A stretch of DNA of 63,795 nucleotides, filler included, from Octopus bimaculoides (GCF_001194135.2; 5 parts of 5 records of this genome joined end to end with filler, not necessarily neighbours in it); one strand, 5' to 3'. Positions 40,895 through 53,190 are shown, numbered from the whole stretch's first letter. Notes: generated from the letters alone by a model not told the origin. Numbers and translations: made by a program.

Positions 40895-41150
40895 AACAAT
40901 CTGACTAGTTTCTCTTTTTATAATCACTGCTTCATCAGTGATTGCTTAACCAAAATACCTGATTATCAAAATGAATACAGTTCTATATTTAAGAGATGAG
41001 GAATTATTAACATTATTTACATTATTTACATTTGACGGATATTTGTCCTCATCTTGTTTGTTGTTAATACAACGTTTTGGCTGATATACCCTCCAGCCTT
41101 CGTCAGGTGTCTTGGGGAAAATTCGAACCTGGGTTCTCATTCCTAACGGT
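40895..41150 (-). ncRNA. Two degenerate minimal HHR-like motifs on the same strand
   Basis: gacac CTGACGA A GGCTG..CAGCC AAAA CGT T gtatt (41066-41111) and caatca CTGATGA..GAAA CTAG T C agattg (40897-40944). Confidence 0.5.
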
Positions 41151-41235
41151 GTTACTATTATTATGTTTGCTTAAAAACATGCACACATGATTCTGCTTTC
41201 AATTTTAATTTCCCTAACACCATATAGTTTTTGTA

Positions 41236-41590
41236 CATGGCTCAGTGGGTAGAGTGACAGGCTCACAATCACGAGGGAGCGAGCTTGATTCCTGGACTGG
41301 CCAGTCTGTTGTACTCTTGAGCAAGACACTTTATTTCACGTTGCTCCAGTTCACTCTTCTGTAGAAATGAGTTGTGACATCACTGGTGCCCAGCTATACT
41401 GGCCTTTGTCTTTCCCTTAGAGAACCTTGGTGGCATGGAAACGGGAGGCTGGTATGCATGGGCGACTGCTGGTCTTCCATAAACAGCCTTGCCCGGACTT
41501 GTGCTTCGAACAGGAACTTTCTAGGTGCAATCCCATGGTCAGCCATGACCGAAGGGGGTCTTTACCATTTACTCTTTACCATTTACCATA
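41236..41590 (+). mobile_element. SINE family C (tRNA-like head, cttgagcaagacactt box)
   Basis: Related copies lie at ~50510-50775 and ~60995-61270. The tail is (taccatt)-like. Confidence 0.75.
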
Positions 41591-41622
41591 CAGATTTGTA
41601 TATACAAATATGTATATATACA

Positions 41623-41654
<32 letters not shown>

Positions 41655-42697
41655 ANNNNNNNNNNNNNNNNNNNNNNNNNNNNNNNNNNNNNNNNNNNNN
41701 NNNNNNNNNNNNNNNNNNNNNNNNNNNNNNNNNNNNNNNNNNNNNNNNNNNNNNNNNNNNNNNNNNNNNNNNNNNNNNNNNNNNNNNNNNNNNNNNNNNN
41801 NNNNNNNNNNNNNNNNNNNNNNNNNNNNNNNNNNNNNNNNNNNNNNNNNNNNNNNNNNNNNNNNNNNNNNNNNNNNNNNNNNNNNNNNNNNNNNNNNNNN
41901 NNNNNNNNNNNNNNNNNNNNNNNNNNNNNNNNNNNNNNNNNNNNNNNNNNNNNNNNNNNNNNNNNNNNNNNNNNNNNNNNNNNNNNNNNNNNNNNNNNNN
42001 NNNNNNNNNNNNNNNNNNNNNNNNNNNNNNNNNNNNNNNNNNNNNNNNNNNNNNNNNNNNNNNNNNNNNNNNNNNNNNNNNNNNNNNNNNNNNNNNNNNN
42101 NNNNNNNNNNNNNNNNNNNNNNNNNNNNNNNNNNNNNNNNNNNNNNNNNNNNNNNNNNNNNNNNNNNNNNNNNNNNNNNNNNNNNNNNNNNNNNNNNNNN
42201 NNNNNNNNNNNNNNNNNNNNNNNNNNNNNNNNNNNNNNNNNNNNNNNNNNNNNNNNNNNNNNNNNNNNNNNNNNNNNNNNNNNNNNNNNNNNNNNNNNNN
42301 NNNNNNNNNNNNNNNNNNNNNNNNNNNNNNNNNNNNNNNNNNNNNNNNNNNNNNNNNNNNNNNNNNNNNNNNNNNNNNNNNNNNNNNNNNNNNNNNNNNN
42401 NNNNNNNNNNNNNNNNNNNNNNNNNNNNNNNNNNNNNNNNNNNNNNNNNNNNNNNNNNNNNNNNNNNNNNNNNNNNNNNNNNNNNNNNNNNNNNNNNNNN
42501 NNNNNNNNNNNNNNNNNNNNNNNNNNNNNNNNNNNNNNNTATATATATATATATAATTAAGGGATCAGCAAACATTTGCTTCACCATATACCGAAGGGCT
42601 TGGTAAAAATTATTAATTGTTGATTTATTAATAAATTAATAAATTGATAAACCTTTACCCTTTTAATTTGTAATAATTATATATATATATATATATA

Positions 42698-42857
42698 TAC
42701 GATGGGCTTCTTTCAGTTTCCGTCTACCAAATCCACTCACAAGGCTTTGGTCAGCCTGAGGCTATAGCAGAAGACACTTGCCTAAGGTGCCATGCAGTGG
42801 GACTGAACCCAGAACCATGTGGTTGGTAAGCAAGCTGTTTACCACACAGCCACTCCT
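42698..42857 (-). mobile_element. SINE family B, 5' half ending at (TA)n
   Basis: Matches the head consensus. Confidence 0.9.
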
Positions 42858-42906
42858 GATAGATAGACAGATATATATGTATATATAGATATAGATAGAT
42901 AGATAA

Positions 42907-42943
<37 letters not shown>

Positions 42944-43317
42944 CACATAAATAGATAGATGACCGTGTGTGTGTGTGTGCATGGGTATGTGTGTGTTTAC
43001 ATATTTAGGTATGTACATGTGTGTGTGTGTGTGTGCGTGTGTGCATGTGTGTTTGTGTATTTGTGTGTGTGTTTGTGTGTGTGTTTGTTTTTGTGTGTGT
43101 GAGTTTGAAAATGAGCAAGGTGCGTGTTCTTTATGTTTTCAGTGAAGCCCATAACTGACCACCTCTGTGGTTGTTCTGACTGCTAGAAATACCAGCCAAA
43201 CGTTCTAATAAAGGAGGGACATTTTAGCTAATGCACCTCATGATGTATTATATTTAAATAAATAAAAAAAGAAACTCATTTACAAGACTGGAATGACTGA
43301 ATACAATTTAGGTGGAT

Positions 43318-44215
43318 CATTAGATAATGGAGTCCTAGATACACTAGGATGGTCGCAGCTAGAACATATTTGATCATAGGCCTGTCTTGATCTGGACTGA
43401 CCTGGGGCTAAACAACAACAAGGAAGGACACATTAGATAATGTAGACCTAGATGCACTATGTTTGAATAAACAACAGGATGGTCACAAATGGAGCATCTT
43501 TAATTATAGGTCAAGTAGATTAATATTTACTTAAGAGCCAAACAACAACACATTAGATAATGTAATCCAAGATACACTAGGTTTCAGTAAAATACAGGAT
43601 GGCCACAGCTTGAGTATCTTTGATCATAGGTCTGTCTTGATCTGGACTGACCTGGGGTTAAACAACAACAAGGAAGGACACATTAGATAATGTAGTCCTA
43701 GATACACTATGTCTGAATAAAAGACAGGATGGTCACAACTGGAACGTCACTGATCATAGATCTGCTGGACCAGGACTGACCTGGGGCTAAGCAAGGAAGG
43801 ACACATTAGATAATGTAGTCCTAGATACACTATGCCTGAATAAAAGACAGGATAGTCACAGTTGGAACATCACTGATCATAGATCTGCTGGATCAGGACT
43901 GACCCGGGGCTAAGCAAGGAAGGACTCATTAGATAATGTAGTCCTAGATACACTATGCCTGAATAAAAGACAGGATGGTCACAGTTGGAACATCACTGAT
44001 CATAGATCTGCTGGATCAGGACTGACCCGGGGCTAAGCAAGGAAGGACACATTAGATAATGTAGTCCTAGATACACTATGCCTGAATAAATGACAGGATG
44101 GTCACAACTGGAACGTCACTGATCATAGATCTGCTGGATCAGGACTGATGTAGTCCTAGATACACGGTGTCTTGAATTAGAGATCTGCTGGTTTAGGACT
44201 AACCTGGGGTTAAAA
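43318..44215 (+). repeat. Tandem array of ~7 units, 113-130 bp (last three 123 bp)
   Basis: cattagataatg starts at 43318, 43431, 43551, 43681, 43804, 43927 and 44050. Confidence 0.95.
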
Positions 44216-44699
44216 AACAGCATCTACTGCTAGACCTATATAATCAACAACAACAACAAAAACCTCTTTGCCATTCTCCAAACCCCATGCCATTCCCATC
44301 GACCAATCAACAACAAAGTTCTTCTAGAATATGCTCCAGCATGGCCCAAGCTATTATAAGTAAAATATTTAAAACCTAAAATGATATAAAATTGTAATAT
44401 AAAAACTGAAACTTTACTAACCTCATCTTTCTAGTACTTGGATAATGTTCATGACGATGATGACGATGATGACGATGATGATGATGACAACGATGACAAT
44501 GGTGCTGGCTATGTCTATCTCAGTTCAGGGATATTGTGTGTGCAGTGATACTGGTGTCCTCTCTCTTTCACTTGTTTGCTGGCATTGATTCTTATAATCC
44601 AGGTGTTTGGTAAATGCTGGACTTGAAGCAGTCTTTGTCTTTTGATAAATGGATGCAGACTGTCAAAATGACTGGGGCAAGTGTGTGTGTGGGGGGGGG

Positions 44700-45240
44700 G
44701 CACGTGTATGTGTATGTGTGAGTGTATTTGTGTGTGTGTGTGTGTGTGAGTGTGTGTGACTGTGTTTCTGTGTGTGTGTTTGTGTGCCTGTCTGTGAGTG
44801 TGTGTGTGAGTATGTGTGAGTGTGTGTGTGTGTGAGTATGTGTGAGTGTGTGTCTGTGAGTATGTGTGAGTGTGTGTGTGTGTGTGAGTATGTGTGAGTG
44901 TGCGTGTGTGAGTATGTGTGTGTGTGTGTATGTGTGAGTGTGTGTGAGTGTGTGTGTGTGAGTATGTGTGAGTATGTGTGTGTGTGTGAGTATGTGTGAG
45001 TGTGAGTGTGTGTGTGTGTGTGTGAGTATGTGTGTGTGAGTATGTGTGAGTGTGTGTGTGTGAGTGTGTGTGAGTGTGTGTGTGTGAGTATGTGTGAGTG
45101 TGTGTGTGTGAGTATGTGTGTGTGACTGTTTCTGTGCCTGTCTGTTTGTGCGTGCGTGCACGTGTATGTGAACGTCTGTGAGTGTGTGTGTGTGAGTATG
45201 TGCGAGCGTATGTCTGTGTGTGTGTGTGTGTGTGTCTATC
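44700..45240. repeat. Long interrupted (GT)n microsatellite with recurring GAGTAT variant
   Basis: Directly visible; it produces the spurious THTH ORFs. Confidence 0.95.
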
Positions 45241-45577
45241 TATGTGGGTGTGTGCGTGTCTGTGCGTTGTGTACATATATTTATGAATATATGTATGTGT
45301 GTATGTATGTGTTTATTTATATATGCGTGTCCATGTACATTTATATTTACGACTGTATGTACGTATACCTATGTATGAACTTATGAATGTATGTGTGTTT
45401 GTGTATGTATCTATGTTATGTATGCGTATTTATATAGGGATGGATGTATGTGCATACGAAGATGCTTATATATATGTATGTGTGTGCGTGTTTGTGAGCA
45501 TGTATGTGTGTATATATATATATGTATGTATTTGTGTAGCTGTATGTATATATAGTTATATATGTATGTGCTAGTAA

Positions 45578-45614
<37 letters not shown>

Positions 45615-46661
45615 ACTAGTTAACAAGTTGCAGGGAGTAAAGCACCTGCTAGCTTAATTNNNNNNNNNNNNNNNNNNNNNNNNNNNNNNNNNNNNNNNNN
45701 NNNNNNNNNNNNNNNNNNNNNNNNNNNNNNNNNNNNNNNNNNNNNNNNNNNNNNNNNNNNNNNNNNNNNNNNNNNNNNNNNNNNNNNNNNNNNNNNNNNN
45801 NNNNNNNNNNNNNNNNNNNNNNNNNNNNNNNNNNNNNNNNNNNNNNNNNNNNNNNNNNNNNNNNNNNNNNNNNNNNNNNNNNNNNNNNNNNNNNNNNNNN
45901 NNNNNNNNNNNNNNNNNNNNNNNNNNNNNNNNNNNNNNNNNNNNNNNNNNNNNNNNNNNNNNNNNNNNNNNNNNNNNNNNNNNNNNNNNNNNNNNNNNNN
46001 NNNNNNNNNNNNNNNNNNNNNNNNNNNNNNNNNNNNNNNNNNNNNNNNNNNNNNNNNNNNNNNNNNNNNNNNNNNNNNNNNNNNNNNNNNNNNNNNNNNN
46101 NNNNNNNNNNNNNNNNNNNNNNNNNNNNNNNNNNNNNNNNNNNNNNNNNNNNNNNNNNNNNNNNNNNNNNNNNNNNNNNNNNNNNNNNNNNNNNNNNNNN
46201 NNNNNNNNNNNNNNNNNNNNNNNNNNNNNNNNNNNNNNNNNNNNNNNNNNNNNNNNNNNNNNNNNNNNNNNNNNNNNNNNNNNNNNNNNNNNNNNNNNNN
46301 NNNNNNNNNNNNNNNNNNNNNNNNNNNNNNNNNNNNNNNNNNNNNNNNNNNNNNNNNNNNNNNNNNNNNNNNNNNNNNNNNNNNNNNNNNNNNNNNNNNN
46401 NNNNNNNNNNNNNNNNNNNNNNNNNNNNNNNGCTAAAGACTTGGGTAGGAGGTAAGAATGAGAGAGAGAGAGAGGGGGGAGGGAGATAACTAGGGGGGAC
46501 AGAGGAAGAATGTATGTAGCAGGAGGTGAGAATGAGAGGAGGGGGTGGAGGTGGAAAGGGAGTAAGGGAAGGCAGAGAAAGACTGTGGCAGGAGGTGAGA
46601 GGAAGAGAGGGCAGGAGATGATGTAGAGAAAGAGTAAGAGTAAAAGAAAGGTAGAGAGAGA

Positions 46662-46761
46662 NNNNNNNNNNNNNNNNNNNNNNNNNNNNNNNNNNNNNNN
46701 NNNNNTTAATTAATTAANNNNNNNNNNNNNNNNNNNNNNNNNNNNNNNNNNNNNNNNNNNN
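46662..46761. other. Artificial scaffold joiner
   Basis: Same construct. Confidence 0.95.
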
Positions 46762-47019
46762 AGCGCGGACGCGCGACTGCGCGTTCGGGTCCGCGCTGCT
46801 TTAGTAGTACCTATAGTGTGTGTTGAAGTTGAAAATGCACAGGGGTTCGTTTATATTTTTTAATTTTTAAAGGCTTAACTGGTTTCACAGATTTCTCTGA
46901 TATTCAAAATTTGAGATTGAAAAACTTGGAGCTATGCCGCAACTATCTTGCTTCTCGTATACATACAAAACACAACATAAACATACATAAAAACAAACAC
47001 TAATATACAATTTTATGAT

Positions 47020-47228
47020 TAGCTGGCAAAATCATTAACACGCCGAGTGAAATACTCAGTGGTATTTCGTCTGTCAGTACGTTTCGAGTTCAAATTCCGC
47101 CGAGGTTAACTTTGCCTTTCATCCTTTCGGGGTCGATAAATTAAGTACCAGTGAAATACTGAAGTCAATATAATCGACAAGTCCTCTCCCACAAAATTTC
47201 AGGCCTTGTGCCTATAGTAGAAAGGATT
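47020..47228 (+). mobile_element. SINE family A in SMIM20 intron 1
   Basis: Matches the family consensus. Confidence 0.9.
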
Positions 47229-47447
47229 AATACTGACAATTAGTGTAATGTTTCCATAATTTTCTCCTCTGCAAAGGTAAATAAGACCGTCGTAGTTACT
47301 TTCTCATCATATGTCGCAATTTATTTATTATTACTTTTTTCCTGGTGCATTTATTACTATTAAAAAAAAACAAACACAGAAGTTAGTATTTGCTAGAGTT
47401 TTAGCACGAAATACATCTATATATAATGTATATAAATAACCACTTAC

Positions 47448-47562
47448 GCCATTTACGGGGGTTGAAATATGGATCAATAATAATAGGATAAGCAGCAGCT
47501 AGTGTAAGACCCACTAAACTACCAACAACAAGGGCGTATCGCCACCCTTTCAATAGCAACAT
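47448..47562 (-). CDS. SMIM20: Small integral membrane protein 20 (MITRAC7 / phoenixin precursor), first coding exon
   Basis: Translates as MLLLKGWRYALVVGSLVGLTLAAAYPIIIDPYFNPRKW, matching the invertebrate SMIM20 pattern (LxGWRY..TM..YPIIIDP). The exon ends at a C|GTAAGT donor, phase 1 (115 nt). Exons 2-3 were not found in the visible sequence. Confidence 0.85.
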
Positions 47563-47616
47563 GTCAAAAGACGTCTGTTGCAAGCGATGAGGATTCTTGT
47601 TTACAAGCTTCAGGTA

Positions 47617-47647
47617 ACCGGAAGTGGTACGAAAGCAACAGGAAGTG
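47617..47647. promoter_or_regulatory. Tandem ETS/GABP-type sites in the SMIM20 promoter or 5' region
   Basis: ACCGGAAGTG at 47617-47626 and ACAGGAAGTG at 47638-47647, spaced 21 bp apart and 55-85 bp upstream of the ATG. Confidence 0.6.
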
Positions 47648-48984
47648 ATAGCTCTCTCACTAGTTAATTGCTATCAGAGTTATCTTCAGAAAGCCGCACT
47701 TTCAGATTTTATTTTTATTTTCTACGTTATTCCTTCGACCCGCATGTTTACATATTTTGTTTTTAGTTTTGTATGTCAAACGTAAAATCCTATTAAAATA
47801 AATAAATCGATATTTAAAATATTCTCACACGTGTATCCATATTATAACATAATTTTAAAGAAATTATTTTAAGAATGTTTTCGTTCTTCTTAATTGGACT
47901 TTGTTTAAAAAATCTGAATTATAACCAAAATTTGAAACTATGTGATATCTGATTATATTTAGGGATCAGCGTCGACTTCTTTTTATCGCCTTCGGTTTCT
48001 ATTTCATTTCTACCGCTCCCACCCTCTCTCCCCCTCACTTTCTCTTTGTCTCTAGCTTCCTCTCTTTATCCCTTTCTTCACCACCCCTCCTCTCCATCTT
48101 TAAGCAGCTTTTCTGTTGAATTGGTTGAAGGTTACAGTGGTACTGAGAGCTATTTCAAGGATCCGTTACCATACAAGATAGTAAATAAGAATAGCAATAC
48201 CTGATTGACAACTACTTATCGTCACTCTAACAGTTTGGCATGAAGTGCGTCTTTTGGTTTTTGCAAATTCTTCCGATTAGAAATAGGTAGTTTGGAATAT
48301 AATAGTTTTCTTTTGGAGTATCTATCTTATAAAGCTATCTATTTGTATCTGTCACACATAAATCTATTTTTCTGGCTGGTTATCTAACTATCATTTCTTA
48401 CTACTTTCTTCTTTCCTTTCATAAAACAGACTTGCAGTTAGAAGTGTACGCCTCAACAAAGATATAAAATAAACAAGAACCGAGAGAAAAAAAAAACAAG
48501 TGAAACTAAAATCAAAGTTATCAATATTGTCAATAAAGTAAAATCGAAAATCGGAGGAATCCGGTGTTAAGAGCAGCGAAACGGTACCATCATCGTTATC
48601 ATTAACACAAACAACAACAACGACAGCAAAAGGATTAAAAAAATATATCTATGAAACCGGTCGATCGATAAAATCAACAGATTTCCTATCTTATTCACGA
48701 AAAGTCGTCAACTTATAAACTGAGAAACTCTTATAATTTCGACGGAATAACAAAAGTAATGAATTATTGGATAGTCAGCAACCAAAATTAAAGGTTAGAC
48801 AAATTATTGATCTATTTGAATTTCATGTTATTATGTTACTTTCGGTTATATCTTCATTTATTCGCATTCCCTTTTCTTCCTTCAGTTTATTTTATGTAAA
48901 GGAAGTGGACTTTATTTTTCAAATATTAATTTAGGGAGGTTTAGCTTTTAGAAATAAATATACACGGGAATTGGGTGAGTTTGT

Positions 48985-49190
48985 AGTTAAAGCGAATATC
49001 TCTCATTCAGCTTCGATTCTTGACCGAAAGTACCATAAAGATGCCAACGGAATTATAACAGAAGCTGCTCACAAATAATTAAATAAAATCCTAAAACATA
49101 ACCTTATCTCGAAATAAATACTGATTACTTATATATAAAACAGTTCGAATCCTGATAAAATTAATTCATTTTATCATCTAACCTAAGGGG
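48985..49190 (+). mobile_element. Possible very old PLE RT N-terminal remnant
   Basis: VKANISHSASILDRKYH and NPDKINSFYHL weakly resemble the IKxADKG..VILDRxxY and FYxLPK motifs. Confidence 0.3.
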
Positions 49191-50461
49191 AAATAAAATA
49201 AAGGAAGAGGTTTTCGGATTAGGAATCCCCACTCATCTCTTGGGAAACGGAAAGGCTCGTTTTCCCTTATTTCTTTTCTTTTTCTTTCCCCCTTTTAATA
49301 TTCTGTGTTTCATACAATGAAAAAAAGAAGAAAAATCTTTTTATTTATTTATTTTTTTTGTCAAAGGAATTGGTCGCCTAATCCGAAACTTCACCAAAAT
49401 AACCTCCGTACTAGTCACAAAATAATGATTAATTCAATCAACTGATACTTCCACCCTAAACAACACTGGTGGCTTTATGTCAATATAAGAAATCAATATT
49501 GATCGAAATAAAATATCTTTCAGTTTGTAAATCTACCCCTCTCCCCGCCCATCTCAACAAATTTGTAGTTTTGTGTCAATGTAAAAGAAATCAATATTGA
49601 TAAAAATGAAACGATCCTTACTAGTCAGTCCCACCCTTATCTCTCGGCCCTGCATTTACGTTGTTTTTTCAGTCTGTCCGATGCCACCCTGGAATTGATA
49701 TAGTAAAACCAGTTGTTATTTATCGTGTTGGGTTAATCCTGTTCTAACAGACAAAGCATTCCAGCTGCGATTATTCCTTATATTCAGACATTGTACCTAG
49801 GACTATATTAATCCACTAAAGAGAGTAGGATGTGATTTGATGGTGGTTTTTTGTTGCATTTTTAAGATTGAACACGCGCTCTCACACACATTATTTTAAC
49901 GATCAAGCTGATTTTTAGTCGATCATATAAACCCCGATACTTGTTTGTAGGCTGGGTACTTATTTTATCGGTCCCTCTTAAACTGTTAATTTACAAGACA
50001 TAAACGAACTAATACCAGTTAAGTTGTAGGAACATAAACAGACTCGTACACGCTCATATATAAATACACACACATACAAGGTGGGCCAATAGTCACTATC
50101 TTAATTTCATAATAGGAATAAATAAGCATTTGAAAGTGGAAAATTTGTTATGAAACTAAAATAGAAAATATCAACATCGTTATAACATCTACTTTTCCAT
50201 GCTTGCATCGGGTCATACAAAATTCATGTGAGGCAGATTTTCTATAGCCGAATGCTCTGTCTGTTACCACCCCTCAACTGTTTCCAAGCAAAGTAATATT
50301 TCCCCAGTCCTTCAGGTATGAACAACACGAATAACCGGACATTTTTTGACAAGATTGTAAATGAACGACACTGGTGTGATGGTGCATTTGTTTACAATCG
50401 GCATGCGCTGTCCACACACACACACACACACATGTACACATGTATAGTGAGGATGGGTGGC

Positions 50462-50496
<35 letters not shown>

Positions 50497-50509
50497 CACA
50501 TGTATAGTG

Positions 50510-50775
50510 AGGATGGGTGGCCTAGTGGTTATGCTGTTGCACTCACGATCTCAAGATCGTGGTTTCAATTCCTGGCCTGGGCGATGCATTGTGTTCTTGA
50601 ACAAAACACTTCATTTCACACAGCTCTGTGATCGTTTTCACACCTGATGTATGACCACCGTGCATCAGTACACGTAATGTAGATTTGATGGAGGGAGTGA
50701 GCTAATGTACATACAGCACAGTACAAACATTTGATCACTGTAAACAAATCTGGGCACATTGTTCTGCAAGAAATC
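50510..50775 (+). mobile_element. SINE family C
   Basis: tggcctagtggtt..ggtttcaattcctgg..gttcttgaacaaaacactt. Confidence 0.75.
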
Positions 50776-51059
50776 ACAGAATGCTCATCTCTCATTTATA
50801 ACAGGAGAGTTCACCATATATACATATATCTCTACATATATGTACATCATCATCATCATCGTTAAATGTCTGTTTTCCATAATGGTATGGATTGGACTGT
50901 TTGACAGGAGCTGGCTAGCTGAAGAGTTACCTCAGTTTCATGTTTGTTTTGGCATGGGTTTTATGGCTGGATGCCTCTCCTAACGCCAACCACTCTACAG
51001 AGTGTACTGGGTGCAGTTACGCAGAACTGGCATGGGCACTTTTGTGTGGGACCAGCATT

Positions 51060-51274
51060 CTTTTATTCTTTTACTTGTTTCGGTCGTTTTGACTGTGGCC
51101 ATGCTGGAGCACTGCCTTAAAAGGTTTTAGTTGAAGAAATCGACCTCAAGACTAGTACTTATTCTATTGTTTCCTTTTGCTGAACCACTAAACTACGAGG
51201 ACACAAACACACCAGCGTTGGTTGTCAAGCAATGACAGGAAGACAAACACACACACACACACACACACAAACAT
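51060..51274 (-). mobile_element. SINE family B, 3' half plus (CA)n
   Basis: ttttgctgaaccactaaactacgaggacacaaacacaccagcgttggttgtcaagc. Confidence 0.8.
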
Positions 51275-51374
51275 NNNNNNNNNNNNNNNNNNNNNNNNNN
51301 NNNNNNNNNNNNNNNNNNNNNNNNNNNNNNNNNNNNNNNNNNNNNNNNNNNNNNNNNNNNNNNNNNNNNNNNNN

Positions 51375-51849
51375 ACCCAATTTGCTGACTTTTCCAATGG
51401 CATGCAGGTATCGATGAATGGTTGGATGACCAAATCCAAGCTTCTCTTATGATGGGAATTTGTTTCACAAGGGTTCGCAGGACATCGCCGTCAAGCTCTA
51501 TAGATCATCCAGGATGAGGCTGTAATTTCCAGCTGGGAATTTCTGGAATCACTGGCTTATACTTATTGTCTGATCTGCATATACTGCATTAATATACCTC
51601 GCACTGTTGCCTTTATTGAACTCATTAAGCAAAATATGCCGAATATGCTCCTATGTCACTTCCATTATAGCTATGAAAAAATAACTGTTAAAATCGAACT
51701 GTACTCTTCAAAACTTGGACTAAGAATAAGTACAAAGTTAAAATTACTACCTGCTTTTATAGCAAGTTGATGCAGGTAGTTTATCCTGTCTCCCTCCCAC
51801 TTTTAGTTTATGCAATTGAGAAAACCGCATTATTTATGGGCTGACCCAA

Positions 51850-51850
<1 letters not shown>
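51375..51850 (-). mobile_element. Mariner 5' half (TIR plus decayed N-terminal HTH region)
   Basis: TIR-like ATTGGGTCAGCCCATAAATAATGCGGTTTT ends at 51850. Translation gives MEVT*EHIRHILLNEFNKGNS, FQKFPAGNYSL and LGFGHPTIHRYLHAIGKVSKLG, then runs into an N gap. Confidence 0.75.
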
Positions 51851-51918
<68 letters not shown>

Positions 51919-52776
51919 ATTTAAATACACAGCTGAAAGAGCTATTAATAGTTTCATGCTTTTATAATACTTGAACAGGCATATTCATAAAATACACAAT
52001 GTAGNNNNNNNNNNNNNNNNNNNNNNNNNNNNNNNNNNNNNNNNNNNNNNNNNNNNNNNNNNNNNNNNNNNNNNNNNNNNNNNNNNNNNNNNNNNNNNNN
52101 NNNNNNNNNNNNNNNNNNNNNNNNNNNNNNNNNNNNNNNNNNNNNNNNNNNNNNNNNNNNNNNNNNNNNNNNNNNNNNNNNNNNNNNNNNNNNNNNNNNN
52201 NNNNNNNNNNNNNNNNNNNNNNNNNNNNNNNNNNNNNNNNNNNNNNNNNNNNNNNNNNNNNNNNNNNNNNNNNNNNNNNNNNNNNNNNNNNNNNNNNNNN
52301 NNNNNNNNNNNNNNNNNNNNNNNNNNNNNNNNNNNNNNNNNNNNNNNNNNNNNNNNNNNNNNNNNNNNNNNNNNNNNNNNNNNNNNNNNNNNNNNNNNNN
52401 NNNNNNNNNNNNNNNNNNNNNNNNNNNNNNNNNNNNNNNNNNNNNNNNNNNNNNNNNNNNNNNNNNNNNNNNNNNNNNNNNNNNNNNNNNNNNNNNNNNN
52501 NNNNNNNNNNNNNNNNNNNNNNNNNNNNNNNNNNNNNNNNNNNNNNNNNNNNNNNNNNNNNNNNNNNNNNNNNNNNNNNNNNNNNNNNNNNNNNNNNNNN
52601 NNNNNNNNNNNNNTATATATATATATATATATCAGTATACTCATATGTGTAATTAAAATATATACATATGTTTATATTGATATATGTTGGCATGAATTAG
52701 ACCAGTAATGTTGAGCCTAGATGGTTGATCACTTGGGAAGCCTGGGTGTGCATCTCACTTTTAGGTGCAGGTGTGG

Positions 52777-53190
52777 CTGTGTGATAAGAAGCTTGCTTTC
52801 CAACCACTTGGTTCTGGGCTCTGTCCCACTGCGTGACACCTTGCACAAGTGTCTTCTACTATAGCCCTGGGCTAACCAATGCCTTATGAGCAAATTTGGT
52901 AGGTATAAACTGTGTGGAAATCTATTGTTTGTGTGTGCGTGTGTGTATGTATACACACACTTACACACACACGTGTTTTTGTGCCTTTGTGTTTGTCTCC
53001 TACCACTACTTGATGACTGTTGTTGGTTTGTTTGTGTCCCTGTAACTTATCAGTTTAGCAAAAAGAGATTGATTAAGTACTAAACATATGTACTGGGGCG
53101 ATTTGTTTGACTGAACTTTTCATGCCAATGCTCCAACATGGCTATGGTTCAATGTCTGAAACAGTTAAAAGATATAATAAAGATATAAAA
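52777..53190 (+). mobile_element. SINE family B, full length
   Basis: Head, internal (TG/CA) tract and 3' module. Confidence 0.85.

Noticed and set aside
43318-44215. Regular repeat array as a CRISPR
   Set aside because: There are no unique spacers, units are ~123 bp, the context is eukaryotic and no cas genes are present.
47563-47583. N-terminal extension MQQTSFD of the SMIM20 ORF, and its tail after RKW
   Set aside because: The track starts at a TTG. Homology begins at the ATG at 47562, and the tail is intron read-through past GTAAGT.
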